64,000 nt of DNA from Xylographa opegraphella (taxonomy: Eukaryota): NCBI GenBank assembly GCA_022813865.1, contig JALDZX010000017.1:124001-188000 (forward strand), written 5' to 3'. The notes beneath the pieces are model-generated. The model searched no databases, had not been told where the DNA came from, and saw only the letters and a program-made list of their open reading frames with translations. The position numbers were made by a program, and so were the translations under genes. This document shows positions 37,569-49,221 of this stretch, piece by piece (position 1 is the stretch's first letter; each line of letters begins with the position of its first letter).

Positions 37569-39479
37569 CTAAACCCCAACCACAACCCCCCCACCACTCC
37601 CCCTCCCGCCCCCCACCTTCCGCGCCCTCATCTTCCTCGCCCACTCACGACTCGCGACGCGACCCCGCTCCGCCGCCTCAGCCCTCGCCTTCCTCGCCGC
37701 GTCCTCCTTCTCCCTACGCGCCGCGTCGCGCGCCTCCTGCTCCGCGAGCGCTCGGCCAAAGACTTCCTTTCCCTTAGACGTCGCCGGGCCGGCGAGCGAA
37801 GGCGCGCCCCGGGGGGCGGACGTATTGGCTCGCACGTAGGACGGGCCGTTCGGCGGTGGTGCGATACTAGCGCGTTTGGTAGTCGCGGTGAGCTGGGCCC
37901 CGCTGGATGCGACTGACGAGGTGCGTGCAGCTGCGGTGGTGGCTGGTTGGGACGGCGTGCCTTCTTCCTTCCTGCGCGCGGCGGAAGCGCCGTCGTTGGA
38001 GCCCTCGCCGCCGCGCACGAGGCTCATGCGTGCTCTGCTGGCGGCTGTGCCTCGGACGACGGGCGCCAAGCTCACTCGGACGGGCTGGGCTTTGAAGTCG
38101 CGCTTCTTGCTGGCCTGGTCTTCTGCTTCTTCGCGCGCGAGACGCGACGCGCGCTGGGCTTTGAGCTTCTGCGAGATGGCGTCGCCGGGGAGGGTGAATG
38201 TTGGACGGGTGGGTGCTTTGGTGGAGCGTTGGGGCACGAAAGGCGGTTTGGAGATGGAAGATACCCGCGTATGCTTCTTTTGAAGCGTGGTGGTGTTGAC
38301 TGCGGGCGTGGTCGTCACCGTTGGCGTAGTATCTGTTGTTGGCTTCGCTGGCTTGGGGGCAAGAGCAGTATTATTGGCTGTTGAGTGCTTCGCAGCAGTG
38401 GTGCGCGGTGTTGAGCTGAGTCTTGAAGTGTTGCTGGTCTTGAAAGCAGAACGTTTGATTGGCGCCTTTCGCTGAGTTTCCGGAGTAGGTTTCTTTGCAG
38501 CAGCTGTTCGCTTGACTTTGCTTGATGCTGCTGGCGACTTCTTCGTGGTCAAGAGAGTGGGAGTGGCATCTTGGTCGCTAGCAACGGGCTTTGGGCTCTT
38601 CTTTTCAGCATGATGTACCTTGACGGGCGACAGTCGATCGTCGATGATGATAGGGATGGACTCGGTGATCTGCTCGATAGCTTCTTCCAGGGCATCTATA
38701 GCCTCCACTGTGTCTTCGATCCGCATATTTGTTCTGACCGGTGATCTTGTGACAATGTCCCCAACAAACGAGTCGTCTTTGTCGGCAGTCCCCTCCTCCT
38801 CAATGGTAGACTTCTCAAGTATTTCTTCACCCAGCGTCGGACTATGAGCTACGGCCGCAGGGGTGCGGGTACCGATGTTGTTGACGAACGAGTCCTCAAC
38901 ACCGACACCTGAATTTTCCTCCGTCTTTGGTGTCTTGTGAACTTCGGGGTCGAAGCGCGGTGTATGTGACCTGGGCGACAGCTGCTCGAGCGCAGCTAGC
39001 ACCGCTTTCGAGGGTGGTGTTCGCGGCCGAGAATCATGCACCGGATCCCGATATGTCTCTGCACATTGCCCCCCAGGTCAGCGTGAAGCCGAGAGTCTAA
39101 CGCGATGTGGAGCGTAGGGTTTACCTCCAGCCTTCCCTGTCAACAACTCTTCGCAGGCCTCTCCGGCGGCAGAACTCGCACTGCTTTGATACGGATCCTC
39201 GAGTATCTCCACCTCATTCTCCGAATCAACTTCGTTCTTCTTGCGCCCCTTTCTGGTGCCCTTGGCTTTCCGACCCTTGCCAGCGGCCTTCTTCCCTGGC
39301 TTGACCGCATCGCCTTGCTCCGCCCCACTCACAGCGTCTCCGTTGAGATTCCCAGCAACCTCACCAAGCGGTGTGCGACTCACTGTTGGAGTGGACGGCA
39401 GTGGGGTCGCGGCCGCCAGATGGGCCTCATCATCCAGGATGGCGGCTGTGCGCAGCGCGGTGCGTGTAACCCGAGGCAT
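37569..39479 (-). CDS. Fungal basic low-complexity protein with TPX2-like motifs (candidate microtubule-associated protein), 2 exons
   Basis: MPRVTRTALR..RTPLGEVAGN. Intron 39059-39124. RIEDTVEAIDALEEAIEQI; KPPFVPQRSTKAPTRPTFTLPGD; DFKAQPV; RKARAEAAERGRVASREWA. Confidence 0.75.
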
Positions 39480-40509
39480 AACTGTGGAAGCGAAGCTATA
39501 CTCGGTAAATATATGTAAGATCCAAAGGTCGGGTGCGGAAGGGTGAAGCAAATCTGCCTATGTACGGTGAAAGAAGCAAGTGTATGAATCCGATTGTTGC
39601 TGTGGTTGATAAACACGAGACGCCGTCTAGGTTTGTTTACATTCGGCGTCTAAGCGACGGCCGCTAAGCCTTATAGCCCTGACGCGCCACCCTTCTAGCG
39701 TGTCCTTGGCGAACGTTTGGTAGCTAACCAACGACTTCCTCGAGCATTGATGTGATACTATCAATTGCACCATCTCTCCGATACAGCAAGACCACGAGTA
39801 CGTGTTCCAGACCTGATTCGCAGTGTCTACTACCAGGCAGCAGCGCAAACCCAGATAAGTTGACTCATAGCATCGTGACACATACTCCGTAAGGTAGTAG
39901 CCTCCCATTGCGATCTCGCATCGATTCTCCGACCACAGTATCGCCTCACTCCTCAAGCACAACACCGCCAACACAGCCTACACATCATATTGGCCCTACC
40001 CTGACACTGCTCGGCAGACTTCTAGGTTTCCCAGTGACTACAGGACCCGTGGACATATTGAAGGTAATTAACCTAGGCCGGCAACCTCCATATTGTAGCA
40101 TGTAACAAGCCACCACCTTCCCTGACACCCTATTTCATCTGCCCTTCAACCCCCCCCCCCCCAAACACCTACGAGCCACCACCTCATGAACCAAGCCAAG
40201 GCACACAAACACACCAGCCCGACCATCGAAACCCATTCCACCCCTTCCCGCCTGCGACCCAGACACGGCTACCTCCATCTACCCCCACCTCCATCCAGCA
40301 CACCCCACCCCCCGGCGATTCGGGCAGAGCGCGGGCGCGAGGGCGGGTCAGATGGGGCTAGGGGAGTGCGAGAGGCAAGTGAGAAGGAAGCACAGTTCGA
40401 GAGCGAGGTATACCACGCCATACATACATATTCCACCCGCATACAGATGCGTACTTCTAACGAGAACACTCCCACCCAAGACCATAGATACATCACCATC
40501 TATACCCCC

Positions 40510-40550
40510 CCCCATTCCCCATTCCCCATTCCCCATTCCCCATTCCCCAT
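40510..40550. repeat. (CCCCATT)n heptamer microsatellite, ~6 units
   Basis: ccccattccccattccccattccccattccccattccccat immediately 3' of the YPI1 stop codon. Confidence 0.9.
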
Positions 40551-40567
40551 CCACCCACCCAACCCGC

Positions 40568-41308
40568 TCACTTCTCCAGCACGGTACCCACCCCCCCAGC
40601 CCTCACCTTCCTGCTCTTCTTCATCCTCTCATACGCATTCCCACTCCTCCGCCTCGCCTTCTGCTGCCGCGCCTGGGCGTGCGCGCACCCGTCCACATGG
40701 TGTCGCTCCGACGCCCCTTCGTCCGTCGCATCCCTCTTGCGCGCAGCAGCACCACCAACATCCGTCCCACCACCCTCATCCCCCACCCCATCATCATCAT
40801 CCGACTCCGACTCCGACTCCGACGACGAGGAATCCGATTCCGAAGACGACTCCCCCACCGCGCGCGGCTTGTGGTAGATGCAGCAGACTAAACCACACAC
40901 ACACAGAATGACCGTATTAGCCAAGCCAGGTCAAATCACTCCCCAGCACGCAACCCACACACTCAAAAAACCGGAGTAGAAACATAAGAGCTCTGCCCTG
41001 TTCTCAACAATAACCCCCCCTCCCACCCTCCCCCCCACGCAACCCATCAACAACGCACCAACGCACATACCTTTACTACTCTTCCGGCCCAGCCCCTCAT
41101 TATCCACCACGTCCTCCGCCCAGCGAATGCCCCTGCGCGGCGCGGCGGCGGCGCGCAGGCGCAAGGTACCGATAGGGACAGGGGCGCGCCGTGGCGGGGA
41201 GGTGCTGTCAATGGTGGTGGTCGTCGTCGTGGTTGTGGCCGTGCCGGCGCCGGCGGTGGTGGGGAGCGGGATGGTGGCTGTGCGGGTGGCGGGCAGAGAG
41301 GGCGGCAT
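40568..41308 (-). CDS. YPI1: Protein phosphatase 1 inhibitor-3 / Ypi1, 2 exons
   Basis: [48 protein letters not shown]. Intron 40888-41070. Confidence 0.92.
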
Positions 41309-44300
41309 GGTTGCTGGGTTTTAGTGGTGGTGGTGGTGGTGGAGAGGAGGGTGTGGGTTTGGAGGTTGGGTTTCTTGGGTGAGTTGTTGTGGATGACGGA
41401 GGTGGGGGGTGGGTTTTTTGTGGTGCTTGCAGGGCTGAGGAGGGCGGCTAGGGCGCCAAAAGCCGCTGTTGCCAGCTCTTGTGTTTTTTGGGGTGGGGGG
41501 GGGTGGGGATGTTTAAGCGGTGCCTACCTTGGATTACGGAAGCACGGCTGAATTATGTTTCGCGGTTCGATATCTACATGATCGGGTGCGGAGTGGGATT
41601 CGCGATTACGTTGTCATGTGTACGGGCGCCTATGAAGGTAAGGTATTCTCTCCCTTCGATTACGTTGATACGATGACATCGTCCGGTGACACGGTAGCTG
41701 TGTTGCCAAGCTCCAATGTCACAACTCGCTCGCCTCTCCACCGATCCTACGGGTGGCTTCGGCTCTCTGGTTCACGGATTCGATCCTTGGCTCTTCGAAA
41801 GCCAGGATAGCTCATTGAAAATAGCAACGTCCAGCGCTTTTGAACCGTAGTCTCTGACGCCACCTTCGTATCGCCGCGTGTCGCGAACAGAGGTCTCAAA
41901 GGACTCCGTTCCTCACTATACGTACGAAGAATGCCACGTGGGTTCCGTGTGGTGTGAGGCCATCCCAAAAGGATTACATTCTGCGCCCAGCCAAGAGAAT
42001 AGGATGTGCTCCCTCCCTTATGTAGCACAACGACAGCTGCCATGACATTCAAAACCTGTCATTAGCGGACTTGATGCTAGAAAAGTAAAAAACTCATCGG
42101 CTTGTCAAATCCTACACATGATCAGATCGAGGAGTGTAAGCAAGTCTCATGACAAAAGGAGCGGTCGGTGTAGTTGTAACTAAGAAAAGAAATCTCAATA
42201 ACAAGAAACGTGGGAGATCTGACGCGTAAAGCGGTGTAGTCATCTGTCCCTGACCAGCCAGTGGTAAGGGTAAATGAGTAAGCAAATTCAGCCATCCTCG
42301 TAATCCTGAAGACTAAAGATAGCAAGAGCCGAGCTATTATAGATTTCGTAGGGCCACCTGGCACGTTCACCATTGTCACATTAGCTGAGTGTGTTCTGCA
42401 CCAAGATCGATACAAACCTCGTGATAGCAAGCCGAACTCAATCATAGAGAAGACAGAGGAAGCCAACAGATGGTCTTTGTAACAACGAGAGGATGCGGAG
42501 CACCCCATGATTCATCGGGGTCCCTATCACATCAGTAGTGCTCGTTCCAATTCGAACTCTGATAAGGCATTGCTGATGTGAAGCAGGAATATGAGCTAGG
42601 AGCAATGCTGGCCCCCTGCTTCTACTCCCTGACCAGGAAGCCATCAAATCCTTCGGGGTTGAACAACCACGCGATGATATCAGCTAGGAATCCATCTTAC
42701 CGTACGGAGTACCTTAGGTAAACAGCTTCATGCTTGCCCCATCATGCCGCGGTTGAAGTAGTGAGTAAGCCGTCTAGCCTAGCGCTAGGGAGTCAGAGGC
42801 CCCGATGCGATCCGATGGAGATCTCGATCGAGTTCAGAGTTGCGGGTGAAAAGATGCTTCGTCCATGGCACAGTCTCGAAAACCTTGATGTTGTCGGGCT
42901 CGCTGTGATTGTTCAATTCTGTCTCTTCTTCTCCCGATAGAGCTAGAGCGTACGCTGCCAATGGCATCACCATCGCCTTTCGCCCTTCATGCAAGGGCCG
43001 AGGGCACATAAAGGAAGCGCGCTACGGATTAAGGTTCGGAGGATTTGCATCTAGACCGAGCTGGCCGTGCGCCGGACGCCCAGCTGAAAGGCCCTGGTGG
43101 TGGCATCTCTCGATTGCCGGCGAGCCTCCGAATGCGCTCTCAGCTGAATGGCTGCATTCCACCAACCACGAGGCCGGAAGGTCGTCATGGCTGTAGCGTC
43201 GTGGTGGATAATCGCTGATGCAATGTCATTATTGCACGTCGGCCGCACTGGGCGGAGCTTGCCAGGGGATTCCAACATGTCGGTCGCGCTTCCCATTTCC
43301 GTCTCACGATGGAGCGGCTGGGTGAGATGTGGTGGCGCTCAGGGTCGCAAATGAGGAGAAAGCATCTGGTGGCGGATGATCAGCATCTGGGATCAGGTCT
43401 GTCGAGCGGAGAAGAATTGATCACGGAGATTTCTGGTCGTGGCTTGGAGGCGACAAGCTAAACCGGAGAGCAGGCAGGACTCAGCAGGACTCGGGAGCAA
43501 GTGATGCGGGCGATGCAGCGGCTTTCCTTGCCCAACAATGGAATGCTGTCGTGATACGGCGTTGGCACGCGTAGCACTCCCTCGATACTGCCGCAACGGC
43601 AATCTGTCCCACCGTCAAGAGAAGCAGGACTGGTAAGGTGGTATGTTTCCGATGGGACACGGCGGGCCACGCCTCTCCTCCCACTCGGCTCATGAAGCCA
43701 GCCAAGCGATAGGCAGCTTCGTCGCAGTTGGCCCGCCTGATCGCGCTCCGACGAAGGTTCCGCCTACTGCGGTGCTTGTTCTGTTAGACGATGTTTGATC
43801 CACCTGGGCCAAAACACAAAATTCCCCGCAGGCTGTGACGAGATCGTCGTCCCGTCCGCGGGCCTTCTGCTCCTTCTCACACGCGATTGTTCAGTAATCT
43901 GTCTCGCTCGTCTCGGGGGCTTCGGCAGAAAAGAAGTGTGATAGAAAGGCATTGGTCTGCATGATCTTTCCGGCACCCGAGCTCGTGCTGTCCATGGAAG
44001 CTGGGGGAAGTGATGATTCGATCGACCGTATTCTGCTTGACAGCGGAAACCGACATCCAGCCAACCATGGTGACCACGGGAGCACCAATTCATCAGGCCA
44101 TGGGGCTGGCGAATCGTTGTCTTCCTCCCATCCCTCCCCGACCTCCGAGTGACGGCTACGGGCAGGGGATGATGCAGCGCGAGGGCTGTCGCTGGCCGAG
44201 TTGAAGCACGCCCCCCTTGTCGCTGATTGGTGGACGAGTCTGAAATTGGCGGCCACGCCTTCATGGGCCGAGGGCGTGGGCTGATTTCAGAAAAAGGGAG

Positions 44301-47300
44301 AAGGGCGGTAGGGGCTAACAAGAGGGGTCACATTGTGCTAAAAAGTGCAAAAAGTGCTAAAAGTGCTTGAAGTGCTTGGGTGAGAGTGTGGGGGGAAAAG
44401 GGGTCCGAGCCCCGGGTGGTTAGATAGGAGGATGAGGGTGAAGGTGAGGATGAGGAATTGCGACAACGCTGCCGCTCGAGTGCTGAGGTGCCACGGCAGC
44501 CAGCATGGACTTTTGGTGTTTTGGACGGAGCCGAGTGGGGGAGGGATTGTGGAGGAGCCAAGGGAATCCGTCGAAACGTGGGGAAGAGCAAAGTCGGTCG
44601 AGGGTCCACAAGAGGCCGGGGGGGAGGTGGTGCACAAGTCGTGCTTTTGTGTATCCGTCCCCCGTACTCCGTACCTCGAGCCATTTCCGTCCGATGAGAG
44701 GAAAACAGCGTGCGCAGGATGCAGTGTTGCCTCCCAGGCCTCAGCACAAGGCAAATTGCATGCAGTCCTGATGAAATTTGGATTCCGGCTTTTCCTTGTT
44801 TTGATGCTCGACGGAAGTACTGTACTCCTGTATATTGGTTGGCTTTCGTAGCGAGCTGGCCCTGGCCGAGGCTTGCCCCTCCCCTCCTCCAACTCTCTTT
44901 TCGATCGCGGCCGCTGTTGATGTGCACCGGGAGGAGAAAGACAGGGGTTTAATCTTTTAGTGCCCGCGTCCCGTCGTCATCCAGTCCAGAGGTAGTTAGT
45001 GAGCGACGTACCTCGCCGGGCAGCTGCTCCAGATGCTACGGTGCTACTGTTACTACCAGATGGCACCATTCTATCTTCCGCCACTCCTCCCCCACCCCCG
45101 CCTCCATCAATGCTGGTCAGGCCGCAAAAGGGCGAAACCGCAATGGTCGAGCAGACCACCGAGAGCAACAAAAGCATATCTCGTCGTTGGCAAAACTTTA
45201 ATGGACTGGATGGGACAGACTAAGGTTACCCGCTTCATGGCGCTCCTGGCCGCCCCACGATGCTTCCCATTCCCCAGAGATAACAGAAAACAAAATATGC
45301 AGCAGGGTGACGGCAACAACGACGGTCGGGGTGGGCATCCGCTTGTCAGGCAAAGTGGCAGAAGCAGACCGCTGCGACTCCAGACGTAGCTCCACCACTG
45401 CCTGGTGCGGGCCGTGGGCCAATTAATCTCGCTTCGACCCTCGGGCGTGACGCTGGTCTCACGTCTGCCATTGGGAATTCGGATGATCGACTCGTTCGAC
45501 GTTGGTAGCGTGTGCAGGAGCCAGCTTTTATTTTCCTCCCCGAGCGCAATTATTCTGGACGAACCGTTCCGCAACGTTTACTGTGGATTGCCTAAACCCT
45601 GCACGAATAGCTGTTTTCGTGATCGGCAAATAATACCGACCTCAAACCGTTGCACAAAGGGAAAGGTTGGAGCCGAGCAGGCTCGTTATTGTTCGACTGG
45701 CTCCGGTCGCCTGCTGACAACGGGCTGAGACCGTCGTGTTCCAGGTTATAAATGGCGCATTTCGGAGAATAGTAGGAAGGATGAATAGAAATCCGACTAA
45801 GCAACAGAGGGCTGGCATCCCTCTGACAAAGCCGAGCCTGATCAATCGATGAAGCCGGGAAAATCTCACACGGTCATTGGTCAAGCGGCACTTCCCTCCA
45901 CCGCGGACGAACACGTACGCCCCGGCCTTGCTGTCGCTACCGATTCCGCTCCGTCGAACAATTGCCTCATAGGTGGACGAATGCTCGGTCCCCAAGTGCC
46001 ACTGAGCCAATGGCCGTGGACGTGTGCCTCGTGCCTTGCATGTCGACTTCATCATACAGTAGGTAGACTCCATCGTTCGCTCCACCTCATCAGCAGCAGC
46101 AACAGCATCATCATCATCATCATCATACCCACTGGCATCGTGACGAAGGTTTGAAAGCAGCAGCGTGGTCAAACGGCGCACATATGCGACAATCGGCAAA
46201 CCTACGACGCACTTGGATTGTGCCTTATCTTCGCGACGGCTGATAGCCATCGAGAATCGGCTGGAGATTCGCATCACTTGATCGATAAGGGGGGGGGCCC
46301 GTACTCGTACTCGTCCGTTGAGGAGTGTGGCCCACGAGCGAAATCGCCTGCTGTGTCAGCTGCCGACGATCCCCTTCCAGTTGGCGGTTTGTCGCAGATA
46401 TGGAATCTTGTAGACAAGGTCGACTGCAAGAATGCAAGACATCCCAGCGGCACGAAAAGATGGAGAGAAGGGGGGGAACGGGCAGGGAGGTCCCAGATCG
46501 AGCTGCAGTTCTGACAGTTCGAAGCACAGCGGTCAACCTTGCAACAAGACTTCAACAAGTAGCTTTGGGCCCGAGTCTCGTAGTACGGCGTGTGAAAGTA
46601 TGGTAGCCTACAGCAAATAATGCGATACAGCGTGCACTCTTGGCACCAATGTCCCTCTGGTTCTTCCGTTCAAGGTAGGGTCTGGTCTCGCACCTACCGC
46701 CGTGGCCGGTAGAGGCAGGACCAGCTGCTGTTTTTGGGCTCTTTCTGCTTGCCGCGTTTGCCTGTTGGCCTGTTTGCACCCCGGGCGGTCGTTGGCGACA
46801 TTCCACTCCGCCACCAATCACGCTTCGGCGCTGCCCCCACGCCATATAGACCCTGCAAAGACGCAACTGCACGCCTCCTCGGCCCCTGCTGGTCCTAGCA
46901 GCATCGTCAAGCGGCGAAAATTTCCTCTTCATGCAGCTGATTTCATTTTCACTTTTCATTTCCGGCCTAGCGTGCACCTGCAGGCCATCGCTCTTCTTTT
47001 TGCCCCTGCGCTTACCTTTTCCCTCTGGCCTGCTGCAGCATGGTGCGGCACACCTCATGCCCTCGATGGTCATTCGTCCAACCCGGTCGGACCATGCATG
47101 GGGTCACTCATTCCTTTGGTGTGCCTGAGGGCTGCAACCACCACCCCCCCCAAGATCCAAATATACAAAGCTCCCCTCTCCGGCCTTGAACATCCATCAT
47201 GTTCAACACCATTGCCTTCGTCAACACCACCTCTTGCCCACCAATTCCCTGCCGGAACCCGGGAGCATGATCTTATATCATCGCCGGCACCCCACCGCAC

Positions 47301-47565
47301 CCAGCAGGCTAGACGCCTAAGCGGCTACCCATCACTTGCCTGAAAGTCGTCTTGAGTCACACCAGCACTCCCCAAGGCAATAGCTTCTGCTTCAACGCTA
47401 TAAACTCACTCCTTGCCTTTTCTCTTCTCTTCACATATTTCTTTCAGTTCCTCCCTCCGTTTACCTCATCCTCATCCCACGCTCTTGACATCCATCTCCA
47501 ACATCACGAGCAGCCGTTGTTCGAGATCTTTCGCCGCCCCCCCCACCCCAACCAGATTGAATCCG

Positions 47566-48045
47566 ATGGCGGCTTGGTCTCTTGACTACTGCCTGGCCTG
47601 CGACCGACAGACGGCAGGCGAGGCTTACTGCTCTCAAGTCTGCCGCCTGGCGGACCTCGAGAGCTCATCGTGCGGCTCGGAGCCGGCGTCCCCGACCTCG
47701 CAGACCTTCCCATGGTCTCCCGCCGTGCAGAGTCCCGTCACTCGCTTCTACCTCCCTCCCGCCTTCAACTTCTCGGCATACCGCACCGCCCCTTCGCCGT
47801 CATCGTCCCCGTGTCGGCCGCTCTCTGCTGGCTCCCTGGCTGTCATGGCTTCATCCACGCCGAGCCAGTTCACCGCGTCCCCTCGTATCCTTACACCCTC
47901 ATCGTCTCGGTCCTCCCTCACCTCGGTGTCCAACATCTCGAGCCAGGGCGAAATCATCTCCACCCAGGCTCGCAGCGAGCTCCGAGATTACACAAACTCC
48001 TTCGACCAAGTCCGGGATTGGCGACGACGCATGACCACATCATAG
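47566..48045 (+). CDS. ECL1: Ecl1-family (extender of chronological lifespan) zinc-binding protein
   Basis: MAAWSLDYCLACDRQTAGEAYCSQVCRLADLE (CxxC..CSxxC), FYLPPAFNFSAY, LTPSSSRSSL, ELRDYTNSFDQVRDWRRR. Confidence 0.85.
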   Translation: MAAWSLDYCLACDRQTAGEAYCSQVCRLADLESSSCGSEPASPTSQTFPWSPAVQSPVTRFYLPPAFNFSAYRTAPSPSSSPCRPLSAGSLAVMASSTPSQFTASPRILTPSSSRSSLTSVSNISSQGEIISTQARSELRDYTNSFDQVRDWRRRMTTS

Positions 48046-49109
48046 GACCCTGATCACCTGTTGAATGCCCCACCATATTTCCATTCCTGGGGGGCTTGCA
48101 TCCTGTTTCCGAACACATTGAATTATTTCGACCTTGCGTCGACCTTTCTCGGCATATGCATCGGCCGGCTTTCTCCCTTCGACCCATTTTTTCCAGCAAG
48201 CATGTACGAGCAAAAAACCACAGCAGAATCGAGGGCGTTTTTCTTTGGGACATGAAAAGTACCATGGTGGGAGGCTATTTCCGTATCACTCAGGCGATTC
48301 GCCTGTGCGAAGAGGCATTTTGTATGGCATCACAGGAGGCGGCAGAAAACCGCGGGGGGAAGGCACTCTACTCCGTCGTTCGATCGTTCATGGAATTACG
48401 CAGCATACCAGCATTGGAGAGGATTGATTCCTGTACTACACATTTTTTTTCGGGCGGGCAGCGTTTGGAGACGAAGGGCGTTTACACGCGGACATGGAAG
48501 GCGGGGGACCGGCACCCGTGAGCGTGAGCCGTGCCGGAGAATTTGGGCAGAGCGGTTCCTTGTACGGCGCGGTCGAGGGATTTCGCGCGTGCCTCGGGCG
48601 TGAGAGGCGGCGAGGGTTTTGGCGCTGGGAGGGATGGGATGGGATGGAAGGAGGAGTCGTGGTGGACGAGCATGGAGCTGCGTGGCCGAGAGAGCCGAAT
48701 GGAGTGTATCGTAGATAGTCGACTCAAGGTACCTAGTCGCGGTAGGGGTGGCAGTCCCGAAAAAAACACAACTCAAACTCACCCCGTTTCCACTTGATAC
48801 TCCCATCTCAGCGCCCGTGTCGCATGATCAGTCAGCTTCCTACCTACGGTACCGTCCCTCTGTACGCGCCCTCATCCCCCGTCTCGCGGTCTCAGTCACC
48901 CTCCCACAGTGAAAATCCGCCCTGTTAGGTCCCTACCTACAGCACCCTGTCCCCATTCCTTCCTTCCTTCCTTCCCTCTCTCTCTCTCTCTCCCTCCCCT
49001 TCCCTTTTCCCAATTATTCCTTTTCCCCGCTACGACGAACGGCCCGCCCGGCTCCCTGCGATCGAACCCACATCCCCATCCCTTTCGATCTCATCGTGCA
49101 TAATGGACT

Positions 49110-49171
<62 letters not shown>

Positions 49172-49221
49172 NNNNNNNNNNNNNNNNNNNNNNNNNNNNN
49201 NNNNNNNNNNNNNNNNNNNNN
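49110..49221. other. Poly-G run followed by assembly gap
   Basis: About 62 G followed by an N run. Confidence 0.95.

Noticed and set aside
40186..40911. 241-aa Pro/His-rich plus-strand ORF
   Set aside because: Antisense to YPI1 and built from low-complexity and microsatellite sequence.
43764..47343. Numerous 100-210-aa ORFs on both strands upstream of ECL1
   Set aside because: GC-rich stop-poor sequence, overlapping in all frames, Arg/Pro/Ser-rich, with no recognisable domains or consistent splice structure.
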